A stretch of DNA of 64,000 nucleotides. Origin: Novakomyces olei. Its lineage: Eukaryota. Position numbers and translations under genes: made by a program. Positions within the stretch are counted from its first letter, which is position 1, and each line of letters opens with the position of its first letter. Positions 35,743 to 49,710 of this stretch are shown here, piece by piece. The notes under the pieces are model-generated. The model searched no databases and had not been told where the DNA came from. It worked only from the letters and a program-made list of their open reading frames with translations. Location: positions 1,736,001 to 1,800,000 of the forward strand of contig JADEYG010000007.1 in the NCBI GenBank assembly GCA_016906335.1, read 5' to 3'.

Positions 35743-37559
35743 TTAATTAAAAAGGTATGAATATTTAAATTGAAAAAAAAAAACTAGCAAATTAAATAAA
35801 AAACAAAATTAAAGCTAATAAAGAGGAACAGAAGGTAATTTTTGTTTAGGAATTAAAGTCTCAAAGAGACTGAAAAGCTTTAATGCAATATATGCAACGA
35901 ATTCAGAATAATGTACAAGTGATAAATGAAATTTAGGAATATCAATATGCAAAAAATGGAAGCAATTGAACAGAGTATAAAGAAGCTGAAATTTCGTGTG
36001 ACAAAAAGCCAGTCTCTTAAACAAAGCCTGGAGGCTTTTTCAAACCTGGCAAGCACTTTTCGAGTCCGAAAATCTGATCAATATTGAAATGTTTGAAAGG
36101 CCGAATTGTGACAATATAAAGTTATACAAAATGCTTTCCAGAAAGAATGACTGAAAGAAATATTTCATTCGATTGCAGAGCCAAATTTAGACCTCCACTG
36201 TAAACCCAGTCCTGCGTCTTCGCTGTATATAATATTTTCCTTTTATCCAATTGGTGGCCGAGCGTGTTCTGCAGCGATCTTGAATATAATTCTGCTTCCG
36301 TCCTTTCAAAGCCGCCAGCAGCGTATCACTGAACTGGCTGAATTTCGCCCCAGCGCCGGAGCGAATTGTTAAACGGCCAATTACAAGAATCAACAGGCGC
36401 AGTTTCTGAGATTTTTCAAGGCGCTGAACCTGATATTTGGAAGCCTTTCAGGCCTTTTTGCGTAAGACACGCGTATACGCCCATGCAGCAGGCACATAAA
36501 CCTCACGTTAGAACACAAACAGCATTCAAATCTTCATAAGGGAGTTCAGGTGTACGTATGATTATATATATTTATATTTGGTTATATATAATTTACCTGA
36601 CAGAATGTCGTTACCTAGCGCACATATATTATCGGCTTTGCGTGCCGTGATTGGTTGGTGATGATGGCCATGGGGTTCTTTATCCGACGGGATCAGATAA
36701 ATTTCAATTCACTTGGTACTATAAAACTAGCTCGCTCGTGACGCTCTGAAATCGAATATTCTCGACTGCCGAGTTTTCCCTCTTTATCCTTTATTTTTAT
36801 TATCGACGTCTGCTTTGTGCTCTCTCTTTCGCGCCGGCTCGGTTCGCATTATATGCCGGCCATCTCCGTCATTCGCTTCCAAATTGGGATGATGCAAGTT
36901 TACCCTATCAGGAACGCGTGGGATGTTTTGGGCACCTGTCAAGCATTTCTCGCTTTCCTTTATAAATATACACCATTTGTAACTGCAATAATATCAATTG
37001 CTTATTGATATATTCGTATATAATCTAGTCCTTACTAAATGCACGCTGATGCATGCAATTTGGCCATACTCCAAATAGTGTATTCAAGACAGGTTTGGAT
37101 GCTCGCTCATATTGTACTCGCTGTTTTGATGTTCAGGGTATAGTGACATTCGGATTTACACTATCATGTAATTTACGTTACTCGCGCTCCATACCGAGGT
37201 TAAACTGCGTATTATACTTTTGCTCTGTTTAGGGCACAATATACTACGATGATGTCTGATCATGGAATGGTAGCCGGGCTATAAGATTAAAGAGCTTCAA
37301 CCAGGATGCCAATGGCTGAGACTCTTTTCATGCAGGCTGGGGACATTACCAATAGTATACAAATTTGAAGAGCGGCTGAAAATATCAGACTGCTGTTATG
37401 CTATTACCAGTCTTATTTTACGTAGGGACGCTTCTTGCACGAAGTTCGGGAAGCAAAATATGCCAACAAACATTGTGGCCAAATTTCCAAAGTAATGTAA
37501 AGGGAAGACGTCTATTAACAAGATCTGATAGCAAATAATAACTAGCAAGTAATTTACAA

Positions 37560-37567
37560 GCGATGAG
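37560..37567 (+). promoter_or_regulatory. PAC motif (GCGATGAG) upstream of a ribosome-biogenesis gene
   Basis: Exact motif about 220 bp upstream of the Nop13-like ATG. Confidence 0.45.
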
Positions 37568-37785
37568 AACAATCACGTCGAGATAGACAGATAAAGTACT
37601 TGTGGGATTTTCATAATTAATTAAGTAATTAATTAACTAACCCAACTTAACTCACTTTGAGCTACACGATTTAAACGTATATTATTAAACTGCATTCAAA
37701 TTGAAATAAAACGAAGAAAACCGTGTAACGAATATTACACGTGGAATAAGCAATAGAATAAAATTTAATAATTCTTTCAAAGGCC

Positions 37786-39108
37786 ATGCCGGCAAAAGAG
37801 TCTTCTAAGAAAAGAAGGCGCGAGCCTGAGCGCAATGCCGATGAAGCCAGTGAATCGGAAATTGAGGTGGACGTGAATGCGCCCCGTCCACCCAGCAAAA
37901 AACAGCTTCGGAAGCTCATAAAAAAAGGCAAAGCTTCAGCACATGGCACATTAACAGAGGAGGCGATAGAGGAATTGCGGCGAAAAGAACGAAAACGTCT
38001 AATTAAAGAAGGCATTTTGAAGAAATCAGAGTCGAACTCTACCTTTGAAAACGGAAATAAGGATAATGACGGTTACAAAAAGGAGGAAACAGAAACTGAT
38101 TATCTTGCTCAAAATTCCTCAAAAACAAACGAGGACGCTACTGGTCGAGGGCAATTCGGGACTTGGGTAGGGAATCTGAATTTTTCCACAGGAAAAATGG
38201 AACTACAAAATTTTTTTACGACTCAATCGGCGGACTCAGAGAAGAAAATCCGTAAAGATGATATTGTTAGGATACACATTCCACTAACGGCTCCCAACCG
38301 GTCCAAAGGGTTTGCATACGTGGATTTTGCGACTGCTGAGGCTCAAGAATCGGCTATAGCGCTTTCAGAACGGAACTTGAATGGACGTAATCTTTTAATA
38401 AAATCAGCTACAGACTTTTCTGGCCGTCCACTACAGAGTGCTACACGCAAGGAAACTGCCCGGCCAGAGTCCCGGGTCCTTTGGGTGGGCAATTTGCCAT
38501 TTGATACAACAGCAGAGTCATTGGAACAGCATTTTGAGAGTGCTGGAGAAATTCAGCGTGTTCGCCTTATGACTTTTGAAGACTCTGGAAAGTGTAAAGG
38601 GTATGTCGCATGGCAGTGCTATGATTGCGCCTTTCCTTTATTTTTCTTATCAAATTTGTTTGAAAAATAATTTGACACGAATATCGATTGCTTTTTGTTC
38701 GTTTAGTTTTTTATTTATAGCCTTTTCATTTGCATTCTTTTATTACCTCACTCTGACGTTAACAGATTTGGATTTGTTGATTTCGTGAATATCGAGGCTG
38801 CTAAAACGGCCATGTCTGATCGCCATCGGTACGGACGTATATCCGGCCGAACTTTATCAATGGAGTATGGCCAAGACCGTTCACAGTTACGCAAGGGCTA
38901 TCGTGGAACAGAGGTCGGTAAAATGCGGAACAAGGAAGACGAGACAAATAGTGATACTGGCAACGAGCAAGTTTCGAGCGACACAAAGACCTTTCCGCCC
39001 AAGAGAAGGGATGCAAGAAACATTCCTTCAGGCGCGGCATTAATGCGTGTACAAAAGCAGCCAAAGCATATTGTCCCCTCACAAGGACAAAAAATCACGT
39101 TTGACTAG
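37786..39108 (+). CDS. Nucleolar two-RRM protein, Nop13-like; intron ~38601-38766
   Basis: Lys-rich N-terminus; WVGNLNF, KGFAYVDF, LWVGNLPF, RLMTFEDSGKCKG/FGFVDF; C-terminal SGAAL..IVPSQGQKITFD. Confidence 0.85.
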
Positions 39109-39404
39109 TCATTGAATTAGGCACATTTTAAATACAAAAAGATAGGGTTGGGGAAGTTGAAACAAATCATGAAATATTATTCGTATCAAATAACTTTTCA
39201 CATACAGATTAGCAATATATCAATGGCACTGAAGACCAATTATTATGTGTGAAAAACAAGAAGCTAATACATTCATTCCACAATTATAATGCACTGTCTT
39301 CATACATGCAAAATTCTAACAACAGTATCCTATTCCGTGCCCTCATACAATCATACTCTACGCGTTTCTTCCTCTTTTTTTTTGTAATGCTTTTTGTCCC
39401 TGAT

Positions 39405-40778
39405 CTATTTCTTATCGGCTTCTGTAACCTTATCCATTTCCGGTTCCATAACATCTACAAATCCGTTAGGGTTATCCAAAAACACGTTATGCCCCGCCTT
39501 TGGCACAATGTAAACATGTGCCTCGGTCCCTTCCTTTTTCAAGATTTCAGCGGCTTTTTCTCCACCCTTGTAGTCCATCCAATCAGAATCCCCGTAAATA
39601 AAAGTCACAGGGCATCTAAGAATCCCGACACGATGGACTAGAGGTCTTCTAGCATATGCTCCGGGCGCTAGCAAGTAACCCAGCGCGTACTCACTCGATC
39701 CACGTAATCGGAAAATAGAATAAGCGTAAGTGTGCATGGCCAAATGCTCAGTCTTGGAAAGAGATCCGAACCGCCTTGAGGTATAAGCACTGGCAAGTTT
39801 GGGACCAAGCGGCCCACTCATACGAATAATCTGAAACGGACTCAAATTCGCCTCCCATAGGTAAACCGCTAATTTCGGCATGCCCGATGGGGGCGGGGGT
39901 ACATCTGACGACGGTGTTGATGACTTGCTTGCATCAACCTTATTTTCTTTTTTATAATCGTCAATAATGCCCTCTTGCAAACGTTCATCTGCACCAGCAA
40001 CAGTCTCGCCGGACGGATCACCAGCCGTCGGGAGCGGCTGAGGTTCCGAGTTGCTTGCTGTCCGATTATCCGGCACTCCAACAGGGCTCACAAGGATAAG
40101 CCGCTTAACGCGTTCAGGGTACCTTCGGGCATAAGCAACGCCCAAGTAACCGCCCAGGCTGTGGCCAACGTATGTGAACTTTTCAATCTTTCTAATCTTT
40201 CTCCACTCCTCAAGGGCATCAATGAAAAAGTCTTCAGTCTCATCGATTTTGCCATCGCGGTCTTTGCTCCCAATCTTGAACCGTGGCCGGGACGATCGGC
40301 CCATGCCTAACCAGTCCAGATACCAAAACTCCCAGCCTGATCTGCCTTGTGAAATCTTGTCCATTATTCTGTAGTATAAGCCGAGACCGGAACCGTACCC
40401 GTGCAGGAGAACCATGTGCTCCTTTTCGCCACTCTCAGCACCGTCGTTTGCCGCGCGCACATGGAACTCGTTGATTGCGCGATCGTGCCCAGAGAGCGGA
40501 ACAAGTTCCGATGTAGCGATGCGTGTACCATCAGACTCGGGATAAAAGGGTAAAAACGACAGTACTTTCTGTTCGGCTCTTGCTGCCGATGAAACGGCTC
40601 CCGGCCACCATTGCAGAAACGATGACCAGTATGACAGAGAAAACTCACTCCATCGAGGCGGCCGCTCGGGAGCTCTTGCTGGAGACTCGTGAGCAGAGGT
40701 GGCAGGCACTTGTGGCTGCGCAACAGTTGCGAGTCCCTGTTTCGTACCCGCGACAGTGTCGGCCGACGCTTCCGCCAT
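39405..40778 (-). CDS. Alpha/beta hydrolase of the Cld1/Ict1/ABHD5 family (cardiolipin deacylase-like)
   Basis: LHGYGSG, DWLGMGRSSRP, GHSLGGY nucleophile elbow, YGDSDWMD, GHNVFLDNP (HX4D). Confidence 0.88.
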   Translation of the reverse strand: MAEASADTVAGTKQGLATVAQPQVPATSAHESPARAPERPPRWSEFSLSYWSSFLQWWPGAVSSAARAEQKVLSFLPFYPESDGTRIATSELVPLSGHDRAINEFHVRAANDGAESGEKEHMVLLHGYGSGLGLYYRIMDKISQGRSGWEFWYLDWLGMGRSSRPRFKIGSKDRDGKIDETEDFFIDALEEWRKIRKIEKFTYVGHSLGGYLGVAYARRYPERVKRLILVSPVGVPDNRTASNSEPQPLPTAGDPSGETVAGADERLQEGIIDDYKKENKVDASKSSTPSSDVPPPPSGMPKLAVYLWEANLSPFQIIRMSGPLGPKLASAYTSRRFGSLSKTEHLAMHTYAYSIFRLRGSSEYALGYLLAPGAYARRPLVHRVGILRCPVTFIYGDSDWMDYKGGEKAAEILKKEGTEAHVYIVPKAGHNVFLDNPNGFVDVMEPEMDKVTEADKK

Positions 40779-41441
40779 GTTCGTCGCCCTGTAAAGCTTT
40801 AGGCGGTGAAATGAGGATTGCCTGGTTATCGCTATGATTATGGCTATGGTTATGGCGACGTGTGGACTTTATGCATCAGGTTACGCGGCCCTCCTCGTCT
40901 CGTGTACTCAATGTTCTTTATATTAAAAACAGGTAATGTATCGGGTAAATTATACTCTATTGATTATACACTCGTACGGTGGAATTTAATGCCGCCACAG
41001 CGGTCGGGCCGAGTCTCGGCGCAAACGGGACTCGTACCCGTCGTGGTAATCGGCCCTTCATATGCTTTAATTTATCTCCGCGACTGTAGGCTTGCTTGTC
41101 ATAATGTACAAGCAGTCTTCATAATATAGTAACATGGATTGAGCGAGGCCGAAAAACTAACCCTAACCCTGTGCTAAGCTTGTGTTGATCCGTATAATTT
41201 CATCACGCGGATCTGAACAGCGTTTGTCAGGGATTGTTACAATGTCCGCAGAAAGTCCTATTAAGAAAGACGAGACATTTAATTTTAAATAAAATTTTTG
41301 ATATTAAGCAAGGCCCGTTTCGAAAATTCTGCAGGAATTGACTTTGCTTTAGAGTATGCCTGCGGAGCTATCACATTTGATTGTTTTATTTACAAAACAA
41401 GGAATAAAAATCTGAAATAAAATAAATCTGGAGCAATGTAA

Positions 41442-41730
<289 letters not shown>

Positions 41731-41944
41731 TATAGCAATATTTATTAATGATTAGATACAAAACATTGGGCGCTCTCAATAAAGCGCTCTCAATAAAGCG
41801 CTCTCAATAAAGCGCTCTCAATAATAGAGCAGGGGTACTCGAGATAAATCCAAAATAAATACATAAATAATACGACACATAGCCTCAAAGCTCTATTCTT
41901 CCTACAAATGCAGTAATCTGATCGTGATCGTTTCCGTCGAAGCC

Positions 41945-42528
41945 ATGGCGGAGCAAGATCGCTCGTTTAAACGCAAATATGCGAAATTGAAACGCCATTT
42001 GGAATCAATCGAGTTGCAATCTGAAGATTTAAAGAGGCAAAATGATAAAGCGACCCGCGTTGCCCAGCGCCTAACAGAGGAGATCACGTATGCCATTTAA
42101 ACGGGAAAAAGAACAACTGAGCCCTAAAGCTAACATGCAGATTTGTTATGGACTTATTGTTGGATCTAAATAATCGTGGCCTCGTTGGTGAGGCTTCATT
42201 GCAGTATAACGTGGGCAGCCCTCGATCTCCAACGCCGGACGGGTTTGATCCGCCTCAATTTGCTCACGCTTACGAGGCGGACGCGTACTATAAAGACTGG
42301 CCTGAGCATATGGGCGCGGAATCGTACTTTGACTGCTTAGTGCCTATCGGCGTTTCCGGTGAGAGTGAGCCGGGGCTTATCGGAAGTTCCTCGCGAAGAC
42401 TGCGAAACGTGGCGAAGACTGTAGCTGCTCCGTCGAAAAAACGGGCGGCGTGGGGTGATGAGGCTTCCGGAGCAAAAAAGAAACAAAAGAAGAGCTCTGG
42501 TGCCTCGCCGCCAGTAGCTGCGTTCTGA
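41945..42528 (+). CDS. INO80 complex subunit Iec3-like protein; intron 42088-42140
   Basis: MAEQDRSFKRKYAKLKRHL...AQRLTEEIT spliced in frame (GTATGC..GCTAAC..CAG) to FVMDLLLDLN, resembling the Iec3 N-terminal coiled coil. Confidence 0.65.
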
Positions 42529-43115
42529 TATTGACATACTCGAAATTGGATACCCTGCCTGATTTGAATGAAATAAATTGATAAAGAACTAAACTGATAA
42601 ATAGATTGACAAATTGACCAATTAATTGACTTTTATCTTTAAAACGATAGACTATCAAAATGCCAAAGGCTTGCAATTTCACAGATCAAGATTGGATTTT
42701 AATATTATCAATTGGCCAATCGGCAGATTGCAAGCAAGTACTACGCGTCCACGATCTATACGAGCAAACCGCATACTGAAGCGCGGTTTTGTCTACTTTT
42801 GACGGCACACAATCAATATAGCTCCATTCTTCGAATCATAATACTATTCAAAAACATAGTGTTCAATAGCCCCTTAGATTCGTCTAAAAGACACTTTCAA
42901 GGCTAGAATCTGTCTACAGCCATATTCCGATCGAACCAGCTCCTGTCCCAAACCGACGAGTTCTTGCCTACACCCAATATCCAAACGTTCGGCTGTTTAC
43001 AGGTAATTTCAAGCCCGCATTTTTACCATCTTGAATTGTTATTTTCCGCCACCGATCATTATTGCTTGTATTATTGTTATTATTACGAGTATTATTATTG
43101 TTCCATTCCTTTTCC

Positions 43116-46100
43116 CTATCGACGACTCTTTGATTTGCTTGACGCCTTGCTTGCTCCCTTTGGAGTAGGAGTCTTGTTAGATTTTGATTTGGTTGCACTG
43201 GCAGAGGGAGAAGAGGCAACAGAGGTCGACGAAGATGAAGGGGCTGCCTTCTTTTTACTTGCAGGCGGGGCCGGAGAATTCTTGGTCGATGACCGAGCAC
43301 TAGCTCCACCCTTGCTTTTATTGTCAGATGCATTATTGGGTCTCTTTTTCAAAGGTCTTGTGTCCTGTTCATCCTCACTGCTCTCATCGTCGATCTGATG
43401 GTGATTTCTAGCAGAGCTTAATTGATGAGCAGGAAGAGGAGCTGACTGACTAACAGCCCTGCCTCCATCACTGGTCTGAACTTCATATTCCCTCTTGATA
43501 CAGGTCAAAAGGGTATGGCACCTCCTCTGTATTTCCATAGGAGTCCTTGATTTAATGAACCAGTCAAACATAAAAATAGGCGATTCTCGCAAGTCATCAC
43601 GGATTCGCTCATAAACGTCTTCCGTGTCTAGCCCGTACTCGCTCAATTTAACAGCAATGTACCTGTCTTCCTCCTCATTAAACGCACGGCCACGACTTGA
43701 ATTGTACTGAATGTGCATCTGCTGCAAAGGGGATTTGTAAGAGGCGACTTTTTCATTCAAAAGCCTTTGCAACAAGTTTTGCCTCTCCAATTTAGCCTCG
43801 CCTGTGACTATCTGTGAAATATACCGGTCATAGCCCTCAATTGCCCTGTAATCCTCCCAAAAGACTCGAGAATACTCTCGCACTTGTTCAACAGTTTTGC
43901 CCTCAACATCACGGGCAATATCGTCATAAGCAAAACGTCCGTATCGAGCAGAGCCGTGAATAAAATCAATAAATGACCGCTTTGACCAGTCGCTGAAACC
44001 TTGCTTGCTAAGTGCCTCTTTTTCATCGCGTTCTGCATCAGTCAAAGGTTGAGCAGAATCGATTTCGTCTTGCTCTAATTCACGATCGGCTTCGCGGCTA
44101 GCTAAATCGATATCGTCGTTTGTTGACAAGGGCACCTTAAAACCCTGTTGTTTACGGAAATAAGCTGTCTCTTTGTCCTGCAAATCAATAAGCCGCTGAG
44201 GGTAAAATTGAAAGTCCTGAATGTGCACTTGCTTAGGGGGCCTCGGTGCCTTGGGCTTTGATTCTGATTTAGAGGATTTGAATACGTTCTGATACGCCTT
44301 GTCAATAGAATATTGGGGCACTGTACGCTGCCTTGCTGTTGGATTAATCCATGTAGAATTTAAGGTTGTCGGAGTTCCGGCTGATTTCTTGTGGTAATCT
44401 TTCCCATCCCATTCGTAAGCAGAGTCACTGGTGAACTTTTGCAGATCATCGAGACCCAGTTGCTCATAGCGCTTATTTAGTTCAGCTGTCCGCTCTTCTC
44501 CATGTCGAAAGATCTCATCAAAATCAGCATTTGCTTTTTCCTTGTCTTCTGCATCTGTTGTCTGTTTCTTGTCAAAGATATCTTGAGCTCCGTGTTGAAT
44601 CATTCCTAGCAAATCGTCTTTGCTATTGCCAATTGCCTCCTTTTTATTCTGAGCTCTTCCCTGTTGAATGACAAGCTGGTCTAACCGCAGCTTTTGTGCT
44701 GCCCGTTCGAGTACTTTCTCTTCGATGGCTCCTTCCGTAACGAAACGGAACACGTAAACCTGCTTTGTTTGACCTATTCTATGCGCACGATCCATCGCTT
44801 GCAAATCAGCCTGAGGATTCCAGTCACTATCGTACAGGACAACGATATCGGCACTTGTCAAGTTAATACCGAGCCCGCCTGCTCGAGTTGTGAGCAGGAA
44901 AATGAACTTTTCGCTATCCGGCTTATTGTACTCGTCAATAGCTGCAATTCGATCTTCATGAGCAGTTTGGCCATCGATCCTACAGTATTGGTAATTGCGC
45001 ATAAAACAATAATCCTCCAAAATGTCCAACTGCCGACTCATTTGACTGAAAATAAGGACTCTAGAGCCTTGAGCTTTCATGCGCTTAAGCAGTGTATCGA
45101 GAAGCTTCATTTTGCCTGAATTGTCTACAAGATGCTCTCCATTAGTGTAAGGAGGACCCGGTTCAGCCCCATCGAAAAGGTACGGATGATTACAGCACTT
45201 TCGAAGCTGCATAACAATATTCAGCAATCGTGTTTTGCCCTCTCGTTTGCCGGTAACTCCGTTCACTGCCTCAATGTCTTTTTCCAATATTTTACGGTAC
45301 CAATCAATCTGCAATTTGGATAGCTTTACGTACAAGTTTACTTCATGCTTTGGCTTTAAGCTCTTTTCCACATCAGCTTTTACCCGACGCAGTAAAAAGG
45401 GCCGCAAGACTTTGTGTAAGAGGGACACTATTTGATCACCATCCCCATTTCCCTCAAACCACCGGTCAAAAGCCGAAGAATCGTAAAAGACATCGGGTAA
45501 CAAGAAATTCAAAAGAGCCCAAAGTTCATGCATATTGTTCTGCAAGGGCGTTCCCGTAATCAAGAGTCTGTTGCGTGAAGTCAAGAGCCGAATAACTTGT
45601 GAAAGCATTGACTCTTCATTTTTTATACGATGAGCTTCATCAACAATGATGTACTCCCAAGCGAACTTCTTGAAATAAGACTTCTCCCGCAGAACCATCT
45701 CGTAGCTGGTAATACAAACATCAAATTTCTGAGGCAAAAGCCGATCTCGAACAAGTTGCTGGCGGTCTTCTTTTGTTCCTTGGAAAACAAGAACATTAAA
45801 ATCGGGGCACCAGCGGGCAAATTCTCTTGCCCAATTATCCACAGTTGATTTCGGTACCATTACCAGATGAGGTCCGTTTATGCCTCGAATAAAGCGCAGA
45901 TAGCCCAGAAAAGATATTGTTTGAAGCGTTTTACCAAGACCCATTTCATCAGCAAGAATACCATTAATGCTATTCTCATAAAGTGAGATGAGCCAGTTCA
46001 ATCCTTGGACCTGATAATCCCTAAGCTGGCCCTTAATATAAAATGGTGATTCAGTAAAGACGGTCTTTTCGTCTTCTTCATTCTCTTCGTCTTGCAAAAG

Positions 46101-46891
46101 TTCGCGATCCTCTTCCTGCTCCGTTTTACGATGCCGCCTGTCGGAAGCCCGATCAACTTTACCTTTTGATGCATTTTCTTTCTTTGCCGACTGGGCCCGG
46201 GCAACTTCACGAGCAAAGTTGGCATCGTTTTGAGCACGCATATCAATGAAATGCCCGAAAAGTTCTATAAAAATAAGGGTCAGTATTCATTATTCAAAAT
46301 GAACTAGTCTTTTCTCTTTTCTTGTCCTGAATGAAGAATCATTCTACTTGATCTATCCTTTCTTTTTCTTAAGCTTTAAATTTTTTTGTCTTTCAGTTTT
46401 CAAAGATTAGATCCCTGAATTTCAATGTTTCTTCATCCAAATTCAGTGTTTGCCCCTACCTGTCTGGCCGAGAAGAAACGCGTATCGTTTAGCTGAATCT
46501 GCTGTCTAAAACAAAGAGTTAGTAAGTTTATGAAATAAATAAGAGCAGTACCTGTGATTTGGTTATTTCATCCCGTTGACGTTGAAAATCTGCATTTCGT
46601 TGAGCCACTGTTTCTTGATCTACGGCTCCCTCGTCCGCCTCGTCCGGATACAAATCGGCATCTGCTTCTTGCATAGAAGTATCGGCAGCGCCGTTTGCCC
46701 CATTTGTATCGCTTGATTTTTTCTTTTCAAAATCCTTCAGTGGCAGATGTTTAGCAGAAAGAACAACTCTAATCGAACGCTTAATGATCAAACGCTTTTT
46801 CGAGCACGTGCGCGTAAGCAGTCGGCGGTTTACTTACCAAAGTCGCCTTCGGACCAGTTTCCGTAGAGGCAGATCCTTCTTGCGCAGCCAT
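43116..46891 (-). CDS. ISWI-family chromatin-remodelling ATPase (Isw1/Isw2-like), with several 5' introns
   Basis: [53 protein letters not shown] region ([14 protein letters not shown]); ATG at 46891 followed by small exons. Confidence 0.95.
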
Positions 46892-47403
46892 ACAGCCGTT
46901 TTTGCTCGCTTGAAGGTTGAGAATATATTTACAAAATTTTCTTTTGGTTCCGATTAATGGTCCTGATTTTCTCGACGCGCCGACCCGCGTAACAATTTTG
47001 CGCTAATAATAATAATATACTCGTATCAGAATCCAAATCCAACTGGAGACTGACTATACCGCTAATCCATAATGAGATTAGGTTAACCCAGAAATGTACG
47101 CAACAATGGTTTAGTCCCAAGACCAATTCGATACTGAATCAAATCGCGGAATACTAAGAAATGCGGGTTAATCGGTTTGGCGTTTCTCATATTACATTAC
47201 GTGAGATCAGCCAACGCAACTGTATTTCTAACAAGCAATATAAGAAACAGTATATTAGGGATTGAAGTACGTACAAAATTAAACTGTGTTTAAATAATAA
47301 ATACTATTCAGACAGAAGTAATAATTACAGTATACCAAAATTGCCAGCAACATCTGTCGAACTGGTCTTTGAGCGACAAAAGATTGGTGACGCTTCCACC
47401 ACA

Positions 47404-48189
47404 ATGGACATGTCAAATTTGTCTGATAACTTACCGCAAAATCAGCAGTGGCGGAAACCTCAGACTGGCCGGAACGAGGCGAGGCCGGATGACGGTGAGG
47501 AACATTGGACAGACGATGAGAACGATGCTCATCTTTCCGCTTTTAAATCAGCTGCTCTCAGTGTAACAAATTTGTACAAAACAGCCAATCGAGCAGCCGG
47601 GCGAGCAAGGCGTCGAGGTTACCAGGAGGCTTTGGAGGATATTATGGAGCTCATTGATTCTGGAAAAGATGCAGAAGATATAAAGCTGTTTTGTTTAGAT
47701 CGATGCAGTACAGATAACGTTTTTGCTCTTCGTCAGCCCATATCGTCCGGGCCAGTCGAGCCCGGATCTGCACCTGAGCGAAATGGCCCGAGGCAGCAGC
47801 ATACAGAGGCAGACCGGGACGATTTCGTTGGTGGGAATGGAGCTTTTACATTTGAATCAGAAGGCCCCACCATGGCAGGACCTAACCCGGTTTTAAATGG
47901 AACTGGTCAGCATCAGCAAAGGCCTTTTCGCTCAAGACGCCACGCGCACGCTTCAACTTTAAACGGAAATTATGCACACGGCCATTTGCAAGCACGGTCT
48001 TCCCGGCCTCTGAGCACAACAGCCGTCAATAATGCGACTAATGCTTCTGTAGCTTCTAATACCACTGCCCCACGGTCACCGAGTAACATTATTTCGAGCG
48101 ATGATTGGAATCCCGAACTTGTTGGGACTTCATCAAAACGTATTTGGACTGATGCTCCGTTTGCAGGGAAACGAAATCGTACAGAGTAG
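47404..48189 (+). CDS. Conserved fungal hypothetical protein (possibly HAPSTR1/UPF0472-like N-terminal helix)
   Basis: LSAFKSAALSVTNLYK..GYQEALEDI motif, disordered tail, C-terminal basic NLS. Confidence 0.6.
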   Translation: MDMSNLSDNLPQNQQWRKPQTGRNEARPDDGEEHWTDDENDAHLSAFKSAALSVTNLYKTANRAAGRARRRGYQEALEDIMELIDSGKDAEDIKLFCLDRCSTDNVFALRQPISSGPVEPGSAPERNGPRQQHTEADRDDFVGGNGAFTFESEGPTMAGPNPVLNGTGQHQQRPFRSRRHAHASTLNGNYAHGHLQARSSRPLSTTAVNNATNASVASNTTAPRSPSNIISSDDWNPELVGTSSKRIWTDAPFAGKRNRTE

Positions 48190-48933
48190 AAAGGGGGGTT
48201 TGTTTTATGATTTTTCGCTTTACATTCAAATTTATTTCAGGGCATCTTACCCATTGTTTTTTATCAGTCATTTACAATCTGTCAATTGTTTTACTATTTT
48301 TTCTTGTTTCATTGTTGGGGAAATTTCTTGTTTTGGTTTTTTTGAAGGCGCTTGTTTAAATGGTTAAAGAATCTTCGCTCCCAGAGAGAACGGTTTTGGT
48401 ATGGGCATAATATTGAACAAAGACAATGAAGCGTTATACAGTATAACAATTGTACAGGTATGAATGAAGAACATCCTGTGAATCGTTCGTCTTTTGACCA
48501 TTACGAGTATGATGATGCGAATGGCAATTATCAAACAATAATTACAAGATGACACAGGAGAATAATTGTAGAAACTATAAAATACCTCTTCATATCAACA
48601 AAAACTGCACGATATAATAATAATGCAGACAAGCGAAAGTTAGAGCAAATACTCTGAATTCATATGATGCTGAGCATTGGAAGCAAACAGTTCAAAATTA
48701 ACCCTTGGAAGTAATAATCACACGGGACCCACGTGTGTAAATTCCGTTTCAATAGCAACAAGAATATGTAAAACACAAAATGAACACAATGGCGAATGAA
48801 AAGCCTTAAAATAGAGAGATTATAATTGTAACATTTTAAACAGCCAACAAACAAAACTGTATATCATGAAAAATAAAAAAATTATTATTAATTGAAAAAA
48901 TAAATTTGCAGTACTGAAAATGCAGGGGTATTC

Positions 48934-49428
48934 TCATTCATCCGTCTTGGTCGAAGTAGTGACGCCTAACGTTTTTGGCTGATACACTGGTGGAGGGCAG
49001 ACAGGTTCATCGGCAGCGTAAAGAGGTAGCGGCTCATCGTCTTCGGGCTCAGCACCGTCAATACTCCGGCGATAAGATGAGTTCCTGGTCCGAGGTTGAA
49101 ACCGGCCGTTAGTGTTTCGGCCTATAGGCCGACCGCCATCATTTATTATAACGGTGCCATGTCCTCGAGCATTAGGATCAATCACGACCTCACGTAAAAG
49201 CATGCGATCCACAAGCGACAATTGGCGGTATTGCTCACCGTATTTTTGCATCCGCCGGCGATGGAGAGTTATCCAGGCAATTGTGCATAGAATAGCTAAA
49301 ACGACCACAACAATAATGGGCAGAAAGTTTTGAAGTGCATCGTCAGAGTCTGGATCATCATCGTCCGACGAGTTTTGTCTTTTTTGCAGACCGATAAAAG
49401 ATACGATCTCAAGAAACTGCCGTGGCAT
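48934..49428 (-). CDS. Single-pass membrane protein with PY motifs (Rsp5-adaptor-like)
   Basis: TM FLPIIVVVVLAILCTIAWITL followed by HRRR; C-terminal LPLY and PPPVY. Confidence 0.65.
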   Translation of the reverse strand: MPRQFLEIVSFIGLQKRQNSSDDDDPDSDDALQNFLPIIVVVVLAILCTIAWITLHRRRMQKYGEQYRQLSLVDRMLLREVVIDPNARGHGTVIINDGGRPIGRNTNGRFQPRTRNSSYRRSIDGAEPEDDEPLPLYAADEPVCPPPVYQPKTLGVTTSTKTDE

Positions 49429-49485
49429 TACTCGGGTACTTTTTCCGCGAAACCCGGCTCCTGGTGTTTATTATGACATATTTTG

Positions 49486-49710
49486 ATAAATATAAATATA
49501 AATATAAATATAAATATAAATATAAATATAAATATAAATATAAATATAAATATAAATATAAATATAAATATAAATATAAATATAAATATAAATATAAATA
49601 TAAATATAAATATAAATATAAATATAAATATAAATATAAATATAAATATAAATATAAATATAAATATAAATATAAATATAAATATAAATATAAATATAAA
49701 TATAAATATA
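49486..49710. repeat. (TATAAA)n hexanucleotide microsatellite
   Basis: Perfect run. Confidence 0.95.
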